DNA from: a virus
Lineage: Duplodnaviria; Caudoviricetes
Reading direction: 5' to 3' (one strand)
Length of the DNA: 35,798 nucleotides
Virus record (IMG/VR): IMGVR_UViG_3300024251_000025
Coordinates: 1 to 35,798 of that record
The position numbers were made by a program, and so were the translations under genes. The notes under the pieces were generated by a model, which saw nothing but the letters and a program-made list of their open reading frames with translations, was not told the DNA's origin and made no database searches. Below, piece by piece: positions 7,692 through 16,757 of this stretch (its first letter is position 1; each line of letters starts with the position of its first letter).

Positions 7692-8581
7692 ATAATCCCC
7701 CGGAGAGCGAGTTCCCTCACCCTCTCCCGTGCCACATCCCCCTGATCGAGCCTAAACTGTTTCCCTTCCAGCCCCACATTCCAAGCCGTCCGCCTGGCCC
7801 GCCAGCAGGCGTTCTGGAGGTCCTGATGCCACGCAGTAACTACTCCGACCAGTGTCCGCTCTGTCAAAAAGACCTTGCTCACCCGTTCCCCGCCCAGCAA
7901 CCAGAAATGTCTCTCTATATCGCTTGTGAACCCCACCTCGGCCTGCTTGTCCTTATCCTTGAAGGGCCAGGGATATCTACTTACAACGAGTACGCTCGTC
8001 CAGGATTCGAGAAGTGGTTCTGGTTCTACCAACCAACTACTTATCTTTCCTTGGATGCCCTCAAGCACACCATACATACCATGACCCGGTATTCCTGTCT
8101 CAACACCATAGAGTACCTGGAACGAGAAACTAAAGGTTATGAACCCTCTGTGTTTGATGGACTCCAAAACCTGGGCCAGGACGATGTTCTCCACCATCCC
8201 CTCAAGCCCCTCGGCATCCATCTGCCGGAGAACACACCCGACCTCCTTATCATCTCCGAGATCCCCGTCCATGATCCCAATCAGTGGAATAACCAGTATC
8301 GGTTTCCCCTGAAACCCCACCTCCCAATCATACCAAACGGACCACTGGTGGGTTATAGTACCAGAGCGGTCCTGGGCGTCCAAACCAGCTGCCTCCAGTG
8401 CAATCCTGGGAATCTTCAGCCCGGAACCTACAGATTTGACCCCAGGGACGTGAACCAGAGGATCGTCGCTCAGGATGAGGTCGGGTCCCTGATCAGGCTC
8501 AACCAGGGTATCCCCTTGGCGAATGAGCTTATCAGACAGGCCGACAAAGGTACGGTGGGGTGATACGATGGAGATCTTCAT
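7688..8581 (-). CDS. degenerate PurD/GARS-like ATP-grasp protein
   Basis: GARS-like segments MDGDLG, HRGFI, VSRYPWP, VGVVTA...LQNA...A and FRLDQG (compare YRxDIG). The lid domain and the EfNxRfGdPE motif are not recognisable. ATGA-coupled to the upstream ejection gene. Confidence 0.6.
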   Translation of the reverse strand: MKISIVSPHRTFVGLSDKLIRQGDTLVEPDQGPDLILSDDPLVHVPGVKSVGSGLKIPRIALEAAGLDAQDRSGTITHQWSVWYDWEVGFQGKPILVIPLIGIMDGDLGDDKEVGCVLRQMDAEGLEGMVENIVLAQVLESIKHRGFITFSFSFQVLYGVETGIPGHGMYGVLEGIQGKISSWLVEPEPLLESWTSVLVVSRYPWPFKDKDKQAEVGFTSDIERHFWLLGGERVSKVFLTERTLVGVVTAWHQDLQNACWRARRTAWNVGLEGKQFRLDQGDVARERVRELALRGII

Positions 8582-11500
8582 GTGTTACCTGTGGGAGCGA
8601 CCCGGTCGACCAAAGCCATGTACTTGAGGTGGGCCTTCACGACCTCTCGACGTTTCTCGGGGGACTGACTCGCTAGATACTTCACGGTGTCCGTAGAGTT
8701 CAGGGGGATGGGGCTTCGCTGGAGCAAGCTCGACCGGAGATTGGATATCACCTCCGTCGGGTCCTTCCCCTTGGCCAAGGCATCCTTAACCCCCTCCCGA
8801 TAATACTTCACCACGTCGTCTTGAAGCCTATCCCCATCTCCCCTGGCGATGTCCTGGTAAACCTGATAATACACCGGGTTGATGGGGTCTCCACCACCCT
8901 GAGGCTCGCGACCTAAGACCTTCTTCTCGAAGGACTGGACTGAGGCCCTGGCCTTGTTATAGTCCACAAGCTCTGGATACGCCACATCATTGATCCAGGA
9001 GGTCAGGGACTTCACGATAGGGATGTTCTTCTTGGAGGCCTCGGCCAGTCTGGTATCCAGGTCAAACTTCCCATACTTCCCATATCCCAGGAGTCCACCC
9101 AGATACTCCTTGATAAAGTTCACCTGGGGCATAGCCCCCACGAGGGCGGCGTCAAGCCTTCCTCCGTCGAACTTGAAGGGGTCGAGCATGCGTTGGACCC
9201 CACCCAGGAGAGCGACCTCTTGGATTGCTTGAGCTGCCTGGTCAAAGTGGGTGTCGTCCTGGTGCCGTTCAAAATTCCCCCTCACCGCACCACGGAGAAT
9301 CTGGATGGCGGTTCCAGCCCCCAGGGCTCCCGCGAGCAGATACACATTCTGCTTAATAGCTCGCCCAATCTGCGAAGGATCACCCGACCTAACCGCAGTC
9401 TTAGTATCTTGGAGCACCCCCACCATATTCCGGGTCATCCCCAGAGCATAGTTGGAGTAGGCAAAGATCATCTTGGCGAGGGGAGAGTTCTCGAGTTTGC
9501 TTTTTCTGTACGGAGCCTCAGTATTGAATTCATTGATTGCAATCCCGTTCTGCACGATCTTCCGATAGGTGAAGTCTGATAGCTCGCCGGCTTTGAGTCC
9601 CGAGATCTCCTCGGGGGTAAGTCGGAGCCTCCGAGCCTCCGTCACATCCCCTTCCGAGAAGTTCCCTGCCTTCCAGCTCTCAGCCTTCCTCCGATAAATC
9701 TCCCCGGCCATGACGTTATTGAATTCCTCGACGGACCTGAGCCCGGTGGCTCTAGAAAGTATCTGGGAGGCGTTGGTTACAAGGTTCTCGATAGGGCGAC
9801 CTGGCTCACTCACCCAGGCAACCGCGGCCTTGGGGATACCACTGAGCCCCGCGATATCCGACCTCTTAAGCTCATAGTTCTTGATCACATCGTTCGCGGT
9901 GCGAAGCCACTCCAGAGGTCCGGACCTGAAGATCAGGTTGATACTCTGGGTCAGGTTCGGGATGGAGGCGGTCACGGTCTGGAGGGCACCGATAATCTTG
10001 GAGGTGTTACGGGCGAGACTCCCTATCGGTCCCCTCCCCAGTGCATAGATCGGGATGCCCTGGGAAATCCTCATCACGTTCAGCATATCCTGCCGGTTCC
10101 CACCCTCCTTCTCATAGTTCGACAGAAGCTGATCCGCCACATCCACCGAGGCCTTGGACTTAACTCGCTGGATCAGGTCTTGATAAAGCTCACCAATCGG
10201 TTGGTCTAGCTTGATTCCCTGGGCGGCCTTGGCCACCTGGACCAGTCTCTTGGCCTGTTTAGGGGTGAAGTTCTGGGGGTCAGCACTTTCCATAGCCCTA
10301 ATCAGCCCATCCCGCGTGACCTCCGTCGGGATACCCAGGGCTCCAGCCAGCTTCTTGAGCTCCTCTCCACTCACCAGCGGATTCTTGGTCCTCTCATCAA
10401 ACAGCCCCTTGTAGAAGTTGTATTCTCCCTGAGCCTTCCTATCCGCTGCGTCGGACATGAAGGTGGTGAGTTCTTGTTGGGTGGCGGTTGAGGCACGGGC
10501 AACTACCTGAGGGTCCAGGTTCAGCTCCGCGGCCTTGGAGCCTATATCCTGGATCAGAGGCGAGCGGTTAAGCAGCTTCTCCTGCTCAATCCCACCCTCC
10601 GCGAGCTTAGCCCGAAGGCTCGTCTCGTCATTCGTGGGGGTGATCCCCAGGACATTTGTTACCTTCTGGAGCAAGGCATCCCCCACATCCTTCAACTTCC
10701 CACTTCCCAAAGCCCTCTCCCACCCAATCCCGTGAGCCTGGGCTTCGACCGACCGATGGAGGAGCGTGTAGATATCTGTCTCCAGGAACGGCACCGGCCT
10801 CCCATTCGGCCCATCTGGATAGAAAACATCCGGCATGACCTTGATCTCACGGGCCTGCTCCAAGGTCCCGATCATCCGGCGAGGGTCCTCCCGGATTCCC
10901 TTAAAGACCTTGTCGACCTTGTCCAGCCCACCCAGGTCCGGGTTTACCGCCAGGATGGCCTTCAGCCCCTCTCGATACGTCCTCCCATCCCCCTGAAACA
11001 TCGCCTCCATCCAGTCTGGGGACCAGAGCCGAATCACCCTGGACTCCTTGGGCTGCTCGAAGGGTTGGAGGGTTCCACCTTTCTGGGTCTGGCCCCCAAC
11101 CGCCGTATACTCCCCACCCAGATACCGATTCATGGTGTCGTTGAGGACAACCGCGGGATGATCCTTATAAATCGGGGAGGGGTTGAGGACCCCCGTAGGG
11201 TCAGCAGCCCGCCTGAACTCCGTGAACCCCACCGTGGTCCCCCCAACCTCCACCTTCTTAATCGAGCCCAGGTCCTTGAGGGAGCCGTCCTTACTTGCGG
11301 CTACAACCACATCACTGATCGGGTCATTGAACACCCCCCTTACTGAGTTGATATAGGACCTGATATTATCCAGGGTCTCTCCGAGCAAGCTCGTGGTGGG
11401 TGAAGGCTGGAGAGCCTGGATCATACCATATCCGAAGGACTTAGCGGAGTAGAGGGAGTCTTTGATATTCCGAAGGAGTCCCCTAGAGGCATTATCCAGC

Positions 11501-12465
11501 CCCTCCATCACGGGGGGTACAACCACATCAGTCGCGGCCCTGAGGTCCAGGGCACTCGGGAGGGCCTCGGAGTTGCTGGTGAGCTTCTGGATAGCCTCGG
11601 TCGGACCCAAGACCTTGTGGTCGAGGGGTTGCTCCTCACCCTTACCCAAACCCTTAAGATACCGCGAGCTCAGCCCAAACACGGCTGAAGCCGCCCCCGC
11701 ACCCACCGCGTCCTGGAGCCTTCGGTCCAAGAACCCCGGAGCCACCGGAGTCCCGATGATCCCACGATCCAACAGCTCATTCCCCGCCCCCTGGAACGAT
11801 CCAATCAAGGACTGGGTGGCGATAAACCTGAGGGCTTGGCCCGTAGCCCCTGTCCTCTCCGCCACTCCAAGTGCCGTCTTAACCGCACTCTGCGTAAGTG
11901 CCGCCTCCGCTCCCTGAGCAAACTTGAAGAGATTGTGGATAGGAAGCACGTTAAACGCAGCATTAACCACACCTTTAACGATTGAGCTCTGCTGAGCCGT
12001 ATTCTCATCGGCTCCCTGGAGCTTGGCTTCGTCGTAGCCACGTTGGGACTCAATCGCATAGGCGAGGGCTGCGGAAAGTGGGGCTCCGATTCCTGGGACT
12101 GCATAGGCACCCCCTAGTAGTAGAACCTGGGGCAGAGAACCAAAGACCCTCCCGACCAAAGCCTTGGGGGAGGTGATCAGATCAAGGGTGGAGTCAACCT
12201 CCTGGGGAGCGTACTGGGGGTTCCGAGCCTTGAAGTCCCCGAGCTCCCTGGCCAACCCCTCCAGCGAGAACTTCGAGGCCAGGGCCTGCCCGACATCAGC
12301 CGCTCCGTAGGCAAAAGCTCCCGCAGTCTGATCTATAAAATCGGAGGAAGGCCTTAGGCCCTTTTCAAGCCCACCACCCCTCACAATCCCACTCTCCGCA
12401 AAGATACTCCCAGGCCTCTGGAAGATAGAGGAGGCAGGAGCCGAAGGTGCCAAGAAGATCGACAT
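8578..12465 (-). CDS. large internal virion / DNA ejection protein
   Basis: 1295 aa, helical and Ala/Gly-rich, with amphipathic N-terminal segments. It is the last of three ejection-type genes in a podovirus gene order. Confidence 0.65.
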   Translation of the reverse strand: MSIFLAPSAPASSIFQRPGSIFAESGIVRGGGLEKGLRPSSDFIDQTAGAFAYGAADVGQALASKFSLEGLARELGDFKARNPQYAPQEVDSTLDLITSPKALVGRVFGSLPQVLLLGGAYAVPGIGAPLSAALAYAIESQRGYDEAKLQGADENTAQQSSIVKGVVNAAFNVLPIHNLFKFAQGAEAALTQSAVKTALGVAERTGATGQALRFIATQSLIGSFQGAGNELLDRGIIGTPVAPGFLDRRLQDAVGAGAASAVFGLSSRYLKGLGKGEEQPLDHKVLGPTEAIQKLTSNSEALPSALDLRAATDVVVPPVMEGLDNASRGLLRNIKDSLYSAKSFGYGMIQALQPSPTTSLLGETLDNIRSYINSVRGVFNDPISDVVVAASKDGSLKDLGSIKKVEVGGTTVGFTEFRRAADPTGVLNPSPIYKDHPAVVLNDTMNRYLGGEYTAVGGQTQKGGTLQPFEQPKESRVIRLWSPDWMEAMFQGDGRTYREGLKAILAVNPDLGGLDKVDKVFKGIREDPRRMIGTLEQAREIKVMPDVFYPDGPNGRPVPFLETDIYTLLHRSVEAQAHGIGWERALGSGKLKDVGDALLQKVTNVLGITPTNDETSLRAKLAEGGIEQEKLLNRSPLIQDIGSKAAELNLDPQVVARASTATQQELTTFMSDAADRKAQGEYNFYKGLFDERTKNPLVSGEELKKLAGALGIPTEVTRDGLIRAMESADPQNFTPKQAKRLVQVAKAAQGIKLDQPIGELYQDLIQRVKSKASVDVADQLLSNYEKEGGNRQDMLNVMRISQGIPIYALGRGPIGSLARNTSKIIGALQTVTASIPNLTQSINLIFRSGPLEWLRTANDVIKNYELKRSDIAGLSGIPKAAVAWVSEPGRPIENLVTNASQILSRATGLRSVEEFNNVMAGEIYRRKAESWKAGNFSEGDVTEARRLRLTPEEISGLKAGELSDFTYRKIVQNGIAINEFNTEAPYRKSKLENSPLAKMIFAYSNYALGMTRNMVGVLQDTKTAVRSGDPSQIGRAIKQNVYLLAGALGAGTAIQILRGAVRGNFERHQDDTHFDQAAQAIQEVALLGGVQRMLDPFKFDGGRLDAALVGAMPQVNFIKEYLGGLLGYGKYGKFDLDTRLAEASKKNIPIVKSLTSWINDVAYPELVDYNKARASVQSFEKKVLGREPQGGGDPINPVYYQVYQDIARGDGDRLQDDVVKYYREGVKDALAKGKDPTEVISNLRSSLLQRSPIPLNSTDTVKYLASQSPEKRREVVKAHLKYMALVDRVAPTGNT

Positions 12466-12468
12466 GAG

Positions 12469-14004
12469 TTATTCTCCCTGAGCCTTAAGTGCCACGACCT
12501 TCTGGAGGTCCAGACCCAGTACCCCTGCGAGCTTACGGATATTCTCGATCTGGAGGGGGGACAGAGCCCCCGGCTTGTCCACCGCTGCGAGGAGAGCCTC
12601 TCGGCTCTTCGACCGCCCGATCTCGGAGAGTAGCACATTCATTGTGGCAACCTGACGTGGGGTGGCATCTGAGGTTGGGACCGAGGCCTCCTGCACCGCA
12701 TGAGCATCCTCCTCATCCAGACCTGGGAGCCCCGTGTACAGCTTCTTCTTATCCGAGGGGAAGAGTGCCCCGACCTCACCCTGAGGATACCCAGTTTTCT
12801 GAATCTCCCACCCAGTGCTTGAGTCAATCGGGGCCTCGGTCACAGCCCTCACTGCACCCTTCTGGGCATTATTCCCAGACTTCAGGGTGTTATCCCACCC
12901 CACGGCGTCGAGGAACTTCTTACTCGCGTCATTCGTGCGGGCTTGGAGGTGGTCCTCCAGCCTCTGGAAGATACCGAGCTCGCCGCCCTTTTGAGTCGGC
13001 TTGGCTTCACCTTTGGTGGGTGCTGGCTGTGGTCCCAGCCCCGGACCCTGAGCCTGCCCACCCGGTCGGGCCTCACCCGCTGGCTGAGCCTTCTGTTTGA
13101 ACATAGCTTGGACACCCTCCGCAAGCGTATCATACTCGCTCTTAGGGGCTTTCACTCCGCCATACTGCTCCATTGCAATCTCAGCAGCACTCTTGTCCTT
13201 GGGTCGAATACCCTTGAACGCGAGGATGATCTGAGCAGCCGCCCGCTGGCTCACCGGATCATTCGACTGGCCCAGAGTCTGCACCGCCCGCATCAGGTAG
13301 TCGTCAGGATTCGCGGGGTCGATCTGATCTGGGAGGGCCTTGATCGCAGGACCCAGGGTTGGGTGGTTGGCGAGGATAGCCTTGGCCACGGGCAAGCCGT
13401 TGGGGTTCTGTGTGATCGTAGCCAAGGTGTGAGCGAGAAGCTGGTCATCCGCACCAGCCTGCTGAGCTGCAATCCGCTTATTCTCAGCCTCTTGCTGTGC
13501 AGTTCGATTCTGGATCTCGCTGGTGATATTCTTGACTGAGGCCTCAGATGCTGCAATGGCGGCTTGAGTAGCCTGTTGCTGGAGAGGGAATTGTTCCTTG
13601 GCTTGAGCCTGGCTTTGTCTCTGTCCTGCAGTCGCAACCTGAGACCCCTCGGTTAAAGCTGTATCCCTCGCAAGCTGGGCGGCGGTGAGCTGCTGCTCCT
13701 GAGCCTGCTTCTGAGGCTGGTAAGCCAACTCCCCAGCTCTGATCCCACCCTCCGTCTGCTTGTTGGTGATGTCGGCCTGGAGTCCCTGCCTCTGGAGCGG
13801 AGCCAGATCCTTCGCGTTCTGGAGCTCAAACATCTGCAGGGCATTCTGAGTCTTAAAATGCTCGATCTGGAGAGGGAGTAACTCCATCTGCTTCTGTTGC
13901 AGAGCCTCCCGGAGGGCGGCTTCCTTCGCCGTGAACAGAGCCTTGGAGATCTCACCGAGTACGTCCCTCGGCTGGGCCTGTGGTATATAATCTGCACCTG
14001 GCAT
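12469..14004 (-). CDS. internal virion / ejection protein (Gln/Ala-rich coiled coil)
   Basis: Start moved to ATG 14004 (MPGADYIPQ) behind a TAAGGAGG SD. Q/A-rich helical composition. Confidence 0.65.
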   Translation of the reverse strand: MPGADYIPQAQPRDVLGEISKALFTAKEAALREALQQKQMELLPLQIEHFKTQNALQMFELQNAKDLAPLQRQGLQADITNKQTEGGIRAGELAYQPQKQAQEQQLTAAQLARDTALTEGSQVATAGQRQSQAQAKEQFPLQQQATQAAIAASEASVKNITSEIQNRTAQQEAENKRIAAQQAGADDQLLAHTLATITQNPNGLPVAKAILANHPTLGPAIKALPDQIDPANPDDYLMRAVQTLGQSNDPVSQRAAAQIILAFKGIRPKDKSAAEIAMEQYGGVKAPKSEYDTLAEGVQAMFKQKAQPAGEARPGGQAQGPGLGPQPAPTKGEAKPTQKGGELGIFQRLEDHLQARTNDASKKFLDAVGWDNTLKSGNNAQKGAVRAVTEAPIDSSTGWEIQKTGYPQGEVGALFPSDKKKLYTGLPGLDEEDAHAVQEASVPTSDATPRQVATMNVLLSEIGRSKSREALLAAVDKPGALSPLQIENIRKLAGVLGLDLQKVVALKAQGE

Positions 14005-14014
14005 GATAGCCTCC

Positions 14015-14926
14015 TTATCGGACGTTAAAACCACCGGAAGGGTTATAGGGTTGTGAGCCGAACAAGCCGCCTCCACCACCAAATAATCCACCAAGCCCAC
14101 CATTCAGGAAGCCTAATCCTCCGAAGGCAGTTCCAATCCCCAGGATATCACTCCCAGCTCCACCCAGGGTATTGAGCAGCCCCGGTTGTCGATAGGCTGA
14201 GGTCTGTTGGGTGTTGAGCAGGCCGAGGGCGAGCTGGAGGTATGGGTTCGGTGCGGAGGTCCTGAGAAACTCCTGGTACTTCCCACTCGCCTGAGCCTGC
14301 TTATTCTGTTGGAAGGGTTGAAGCAGTCCCTCGATCCCCTGGCCAAAGGCCAGAGGTGCCCCAGCCAGATACTGCCCAGCCTGAACCTGGCGATTCGCCG
14401 CACTCTCCGCAAGCTGGGCGGCAAGCCCTTGCCCCTGAATCTGGTACTGCCCAAGCTGGGAGGCCAGTTGCCTGGATAAGTCCCCCAGCTGGTTACTGAC
14501 CGCAGTACCTTGCCGTGAGCTAAATACATTACCGGGAGAGGCAAACCCCTCCTTGATCCTTGGCAGCACATCCTGCTGGAAGCTCTGGTAGGCTGGCTGA
14601 GCCACCCCCTTCTGGAAGTAGGAAGAGATGGCCCCTGGGCTCACATCATACGAGGGCTTACCGCTCAGGGCCGGCCCCAGATACTGCTGGAGCGTGGCCA
14701 TCGGGTTATACCCCTGAAGCAGCTGTCTAACCGCACTATACCCCTGGTCCAGCCCCGGCACTATCTGGCCCGGATACCCCTGGACCTGCTGCCCCAACAG
14801 CCCGCCCGTTCCCCCCGGTCCCAGCAGTAGCTGGGTCAACGCCTGGTTGATCTGTTCCTGGCTGTCGCTGAGGGTCGAGGCCACCTTCGGCTTCCCCGTC
14901 CCGAGTAAATCCTGTAGGAATCCCAT
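14015..14926 (-). CDS. DNA transfer/pilot-type ejection protein (P22 gp7-like position)
   Basis: G/Q-rich with a Gly-rich hydrophobic C-terminus. It lies between the GNAT-like gene and the larger ejection genes. Confidence 0.65.
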   Translation of the reverse strand: MGFLQDLLGTGKPKVASTLSDSQEQINQALTQLLLGPGGTGGLLGQQVQGYPGQIVPGLDQGYSAVRQLLQGYNPMATLQQYLGPALSGKPSYDVSPGAISSYFQKGVAQPAYQSFQQDVLPRIKEGFASPGNVFSSRQGTAVSNQLGDLSRQLASQLGQYQIQGQGLAAQLAESAANRQVQAGQYLAGAPLAFGQGIEGLLQPFQQNKQAQASGKYQEFLRTSAPNPYLQLALGLLNTQQTSAYRQPGLLNTLGGAGSDILGIGTAFGGLGFLNGGLGGLFGGGGGLFGSQPYNPSGGFNVR

Positions 14927-15341
14927 CTGGAGCTCCCAGTGAAATTTGATAGGTTGTGCTGAAGGGCTGGAGGTTCAGGCCAGGGATTTTTTGATCCTTC
15001 CCAGCGAGTATCTCCACCCGTATACTCTCCCTCCCGAGGGACTCAACCCACTCGGTGAGGTGTTCAACTAGCTCTAGGCGTGGCTTTTCAGGCCACATCT
15101 GGAGGACATCTACCCAGGCCCGAGCTGGGTGGGCAAAGGCTATGACGAATGAGATAAAGTTCGGGTCCTTCGCATCCTTTGGATACTCATACATCACCCC
15201 CACGAAGGTTCCTAGAGGTACCTTCCGAACCATCTCCTTAACTGTCTCCTTGAATTCCTGAGGGTCTCCGCCCAGCGGGTGTGCAAGCTTCCCATCCAGG
15301 TAATCCAGCGTCCCCGCATCCGTAACTCTTACGATTCTCAT
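14736..15341 (-). CDS. GNAT-fold-like virion assembly protein (T7 gp13/P22 gp14 position)
   Basis: AGGAG SD and ATG at 15341 (MRIVRV...). FISFVIAF...VDVLQMW...LTEWVESLGRESIRVE resembles GNAT motifs. The tail overlaps the next gene by 191 nt. Confidence 0.5.
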   Translation of the reverse strand: MRIVRVTDAGTLDYLDGKLAHPLGGDPQEFKETVKEMVRKVPLGTFVGVMYEYPKDAKDPNFISFVIAFAHPARAWVDVLQMWPEKPRLELVEHLTEWVESLGRESIRVEILAGKDQKIPGLNLQPFSTTYQISLGAPDGIPTGFTRDGEAEGGLDPQRQPGTDQPGVDPATAGTGGNGRAVGAAGPGVSGPDSAGAGPGV

Positions 15342-15342
15342 A

Positions 15343-16356
15343 CTATACTCCTGCGGAGGTAAAGACTTCGTTCCACCGGTCCCACATCCTCTGCTCATCC
15401 ATCAGGTCCTCGACAGACTTCCTAGCCGCATGAAGAACCTGAAGCCTAAGGTCCTCCTCATTCGCGAGTACACTCGCGTGGTAGCTTAGTTCGTCTGGGG
15501 TTTCACCTAGGAACCCGGTCACCCTATGATGGATCATCTCACACCACCCTCCCACCTTCTCAGCCACGATGGGTACACCCGAAGCCATCGCCTCCAGCCC
15601 CACCCTTGGCCAGTTCTCCCGAGCACCCCCATTGACCGGGAGCATGAGGTTCAGGGTCGGGAGAAACTCCTTGGTGCTGACTGCATTTGGTGGGAGATAA
15701 TGCCCCCAGTCCGGTTTAGGTCCCAGGACCTTCGCCACGTTCTCTCGGACGCCCATAAGGAGGGCGATCTTCCATGGAAAAAGTATCCGATCATAGATCG
15801 ACCAGGTGTGCCTGGACCACTTATCCAGGTCGCTCCTGGCGAGACGCCCAACCACGAATGGCTCGGTCGGGGTGTGAGGAGTAGGTCGGAAGGGCCACTC
15901 GGCCAGGTCCAGATACCCCCTGATCAGGGTCCCACCCCCATAGGTTGTCTGGAGGTTCTCCCTCTGAAACTCACTCTGGTAGATTACCTTTTCAGGGACC
16001 GGATTATGGGCGAAGGTCTCCAGCTCCGCCGGCGAGAGGAACGTCATCAAGGGCAGCCAGACGAGCGGACACCTGAGTGTCTGAAGCCTCGGGACAACCT
16101 TGATGAATTTCCTGTTGCACATGCTAAGGACCACCGAGTTACCCAGACCCTCGACCTTCTCCAGCCCGTCCTCCGTAGTCTCCACCACCCTCACCCCAAG
16201 CCTATCCAGCCTCCCCATCCACTCCTTCTTCACCCCCCAGGTCGGCACCAGGGTAACTCCCAGCCCCCCACCCCTCCAAAGCCTCAGATTATTCCAGAGA
16301 TGTGTCCCAGCCCCACCCACCTCTCCTGGAAATCCCATTACGAAGATATGTCTCAT
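15343..16356 (-). CDS. GT4 (GT-B fold) glycosyltransferase
   Basis: N-terminal GGAG, VVGRLAR..LDK, and ENWPRVGLEAMASGVPIVA (EX7E) ...GGWCEMI..RVTGFL. ATGA overlap with the upstream gene. Confidence 0.9.
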   Translation of the reverse strand: MRHIFVMGFPGEVGGAGTHLWNNLRLWRGGGLGVTLVPTWGVKKEWMGRLDRLGVRVVETTEDGLEKVEGLGNSVVLSMCNRKFIKVVPRLQTLRCPLVWLPLMTFLSPAELETFAHNPVPEKVIYQSEFQRENLQTTYGGGTLIRGYLDLAEWPFRPTPHTPTEPFVVGRLARSDLDKWSRHTWSIYDRILFPWKIALLMGVRENVAKVLGPKPDWGHYLPPNAVSTKEFLPTLNLMLPVNGGARENWPRVGLEAMASGVPIVAEKVGGWCEMIHHRVTGFLGETPDELSYHASVLANEEDLRLQVLHAARKSVEDLMDEQRMWDRWNEVFTSAGV

Positions 16357-16757
16357 ACACCCGCCTTCTTCCACCTAGAGCCGCCCGGATACGGGCACTT
16401 GTACTTCTCGGTCTCCTCTAAGGCAACCAGGGAGAGTACTCCTGATTTATCCTTGAGCTTACACTTGCAGAGGGAGCAGGCAGGTTCTTCCCCCCTCAAT
16501 CCCAGATACTCACACTCCGAGCAGATCAGGAGCCGAACCTTCCGTCGGGTCTCGGAGACCTGCTCCCCACCCGAGGCAGCAGCCAGGATTCCCAACCCAC
16601 CCTTCACTAAGTCCTTGGCCCTGAGCCTCACTTTATTCCCGGCCTCCCTGGCCTTTTCCAGCACGACCTGATCCACAGGTGGGCCAGAGGGAACCCACCC
16701 TCCATCCACCCAATCATGCCTTCGCCCTGCAATATGTGCAAACTTTATCACTCGCAT
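16353..16757 (-). CDS. small Cys-rich metal-binding protein (RxxICxxC...CxxCxC...CP...W)
   Basis: RLLICSECEY...CSLCKCKL...KCPYPGGSRW, a DUF6171-like pattern. Confidence 0.7.
   Translation of the reverse strand: MRVIKFAHIAGRRHDWVDGGWVPSGPPVDQVVLEKAREAGNKVRLRAKDLVKGGLGILAAASGGEQVSETRRKVRLLICSECEYLGLRGEEPACSLCKCKLKDKSGVLSLVALEETEKYKCPYPGGSRWKKAGV

Noticed and set aside
7688-8581. purD as an auxiliary metabolic gene
   Set aside because: It is too short, the catalytic motif is degenerate and there is no purine pathway context. Kept only as a PurD-like fold.
15343-16356. GT4 as a T4-like DNA glucosyltransferase
   Set aside because: No base-hydroxymethylation genes are visible and the gene is coupled to tail genes. 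Not fully excluded because the genome is incomplete.
15526-16671. 381-aa + strand ORF, and similar long antisense ORFs at 7826-8563, 19890-20594 and 22913-23920
   Set aside because: These are shadows of well-supported minus-strand genes, with H/P/L-rich composition and no motifs.
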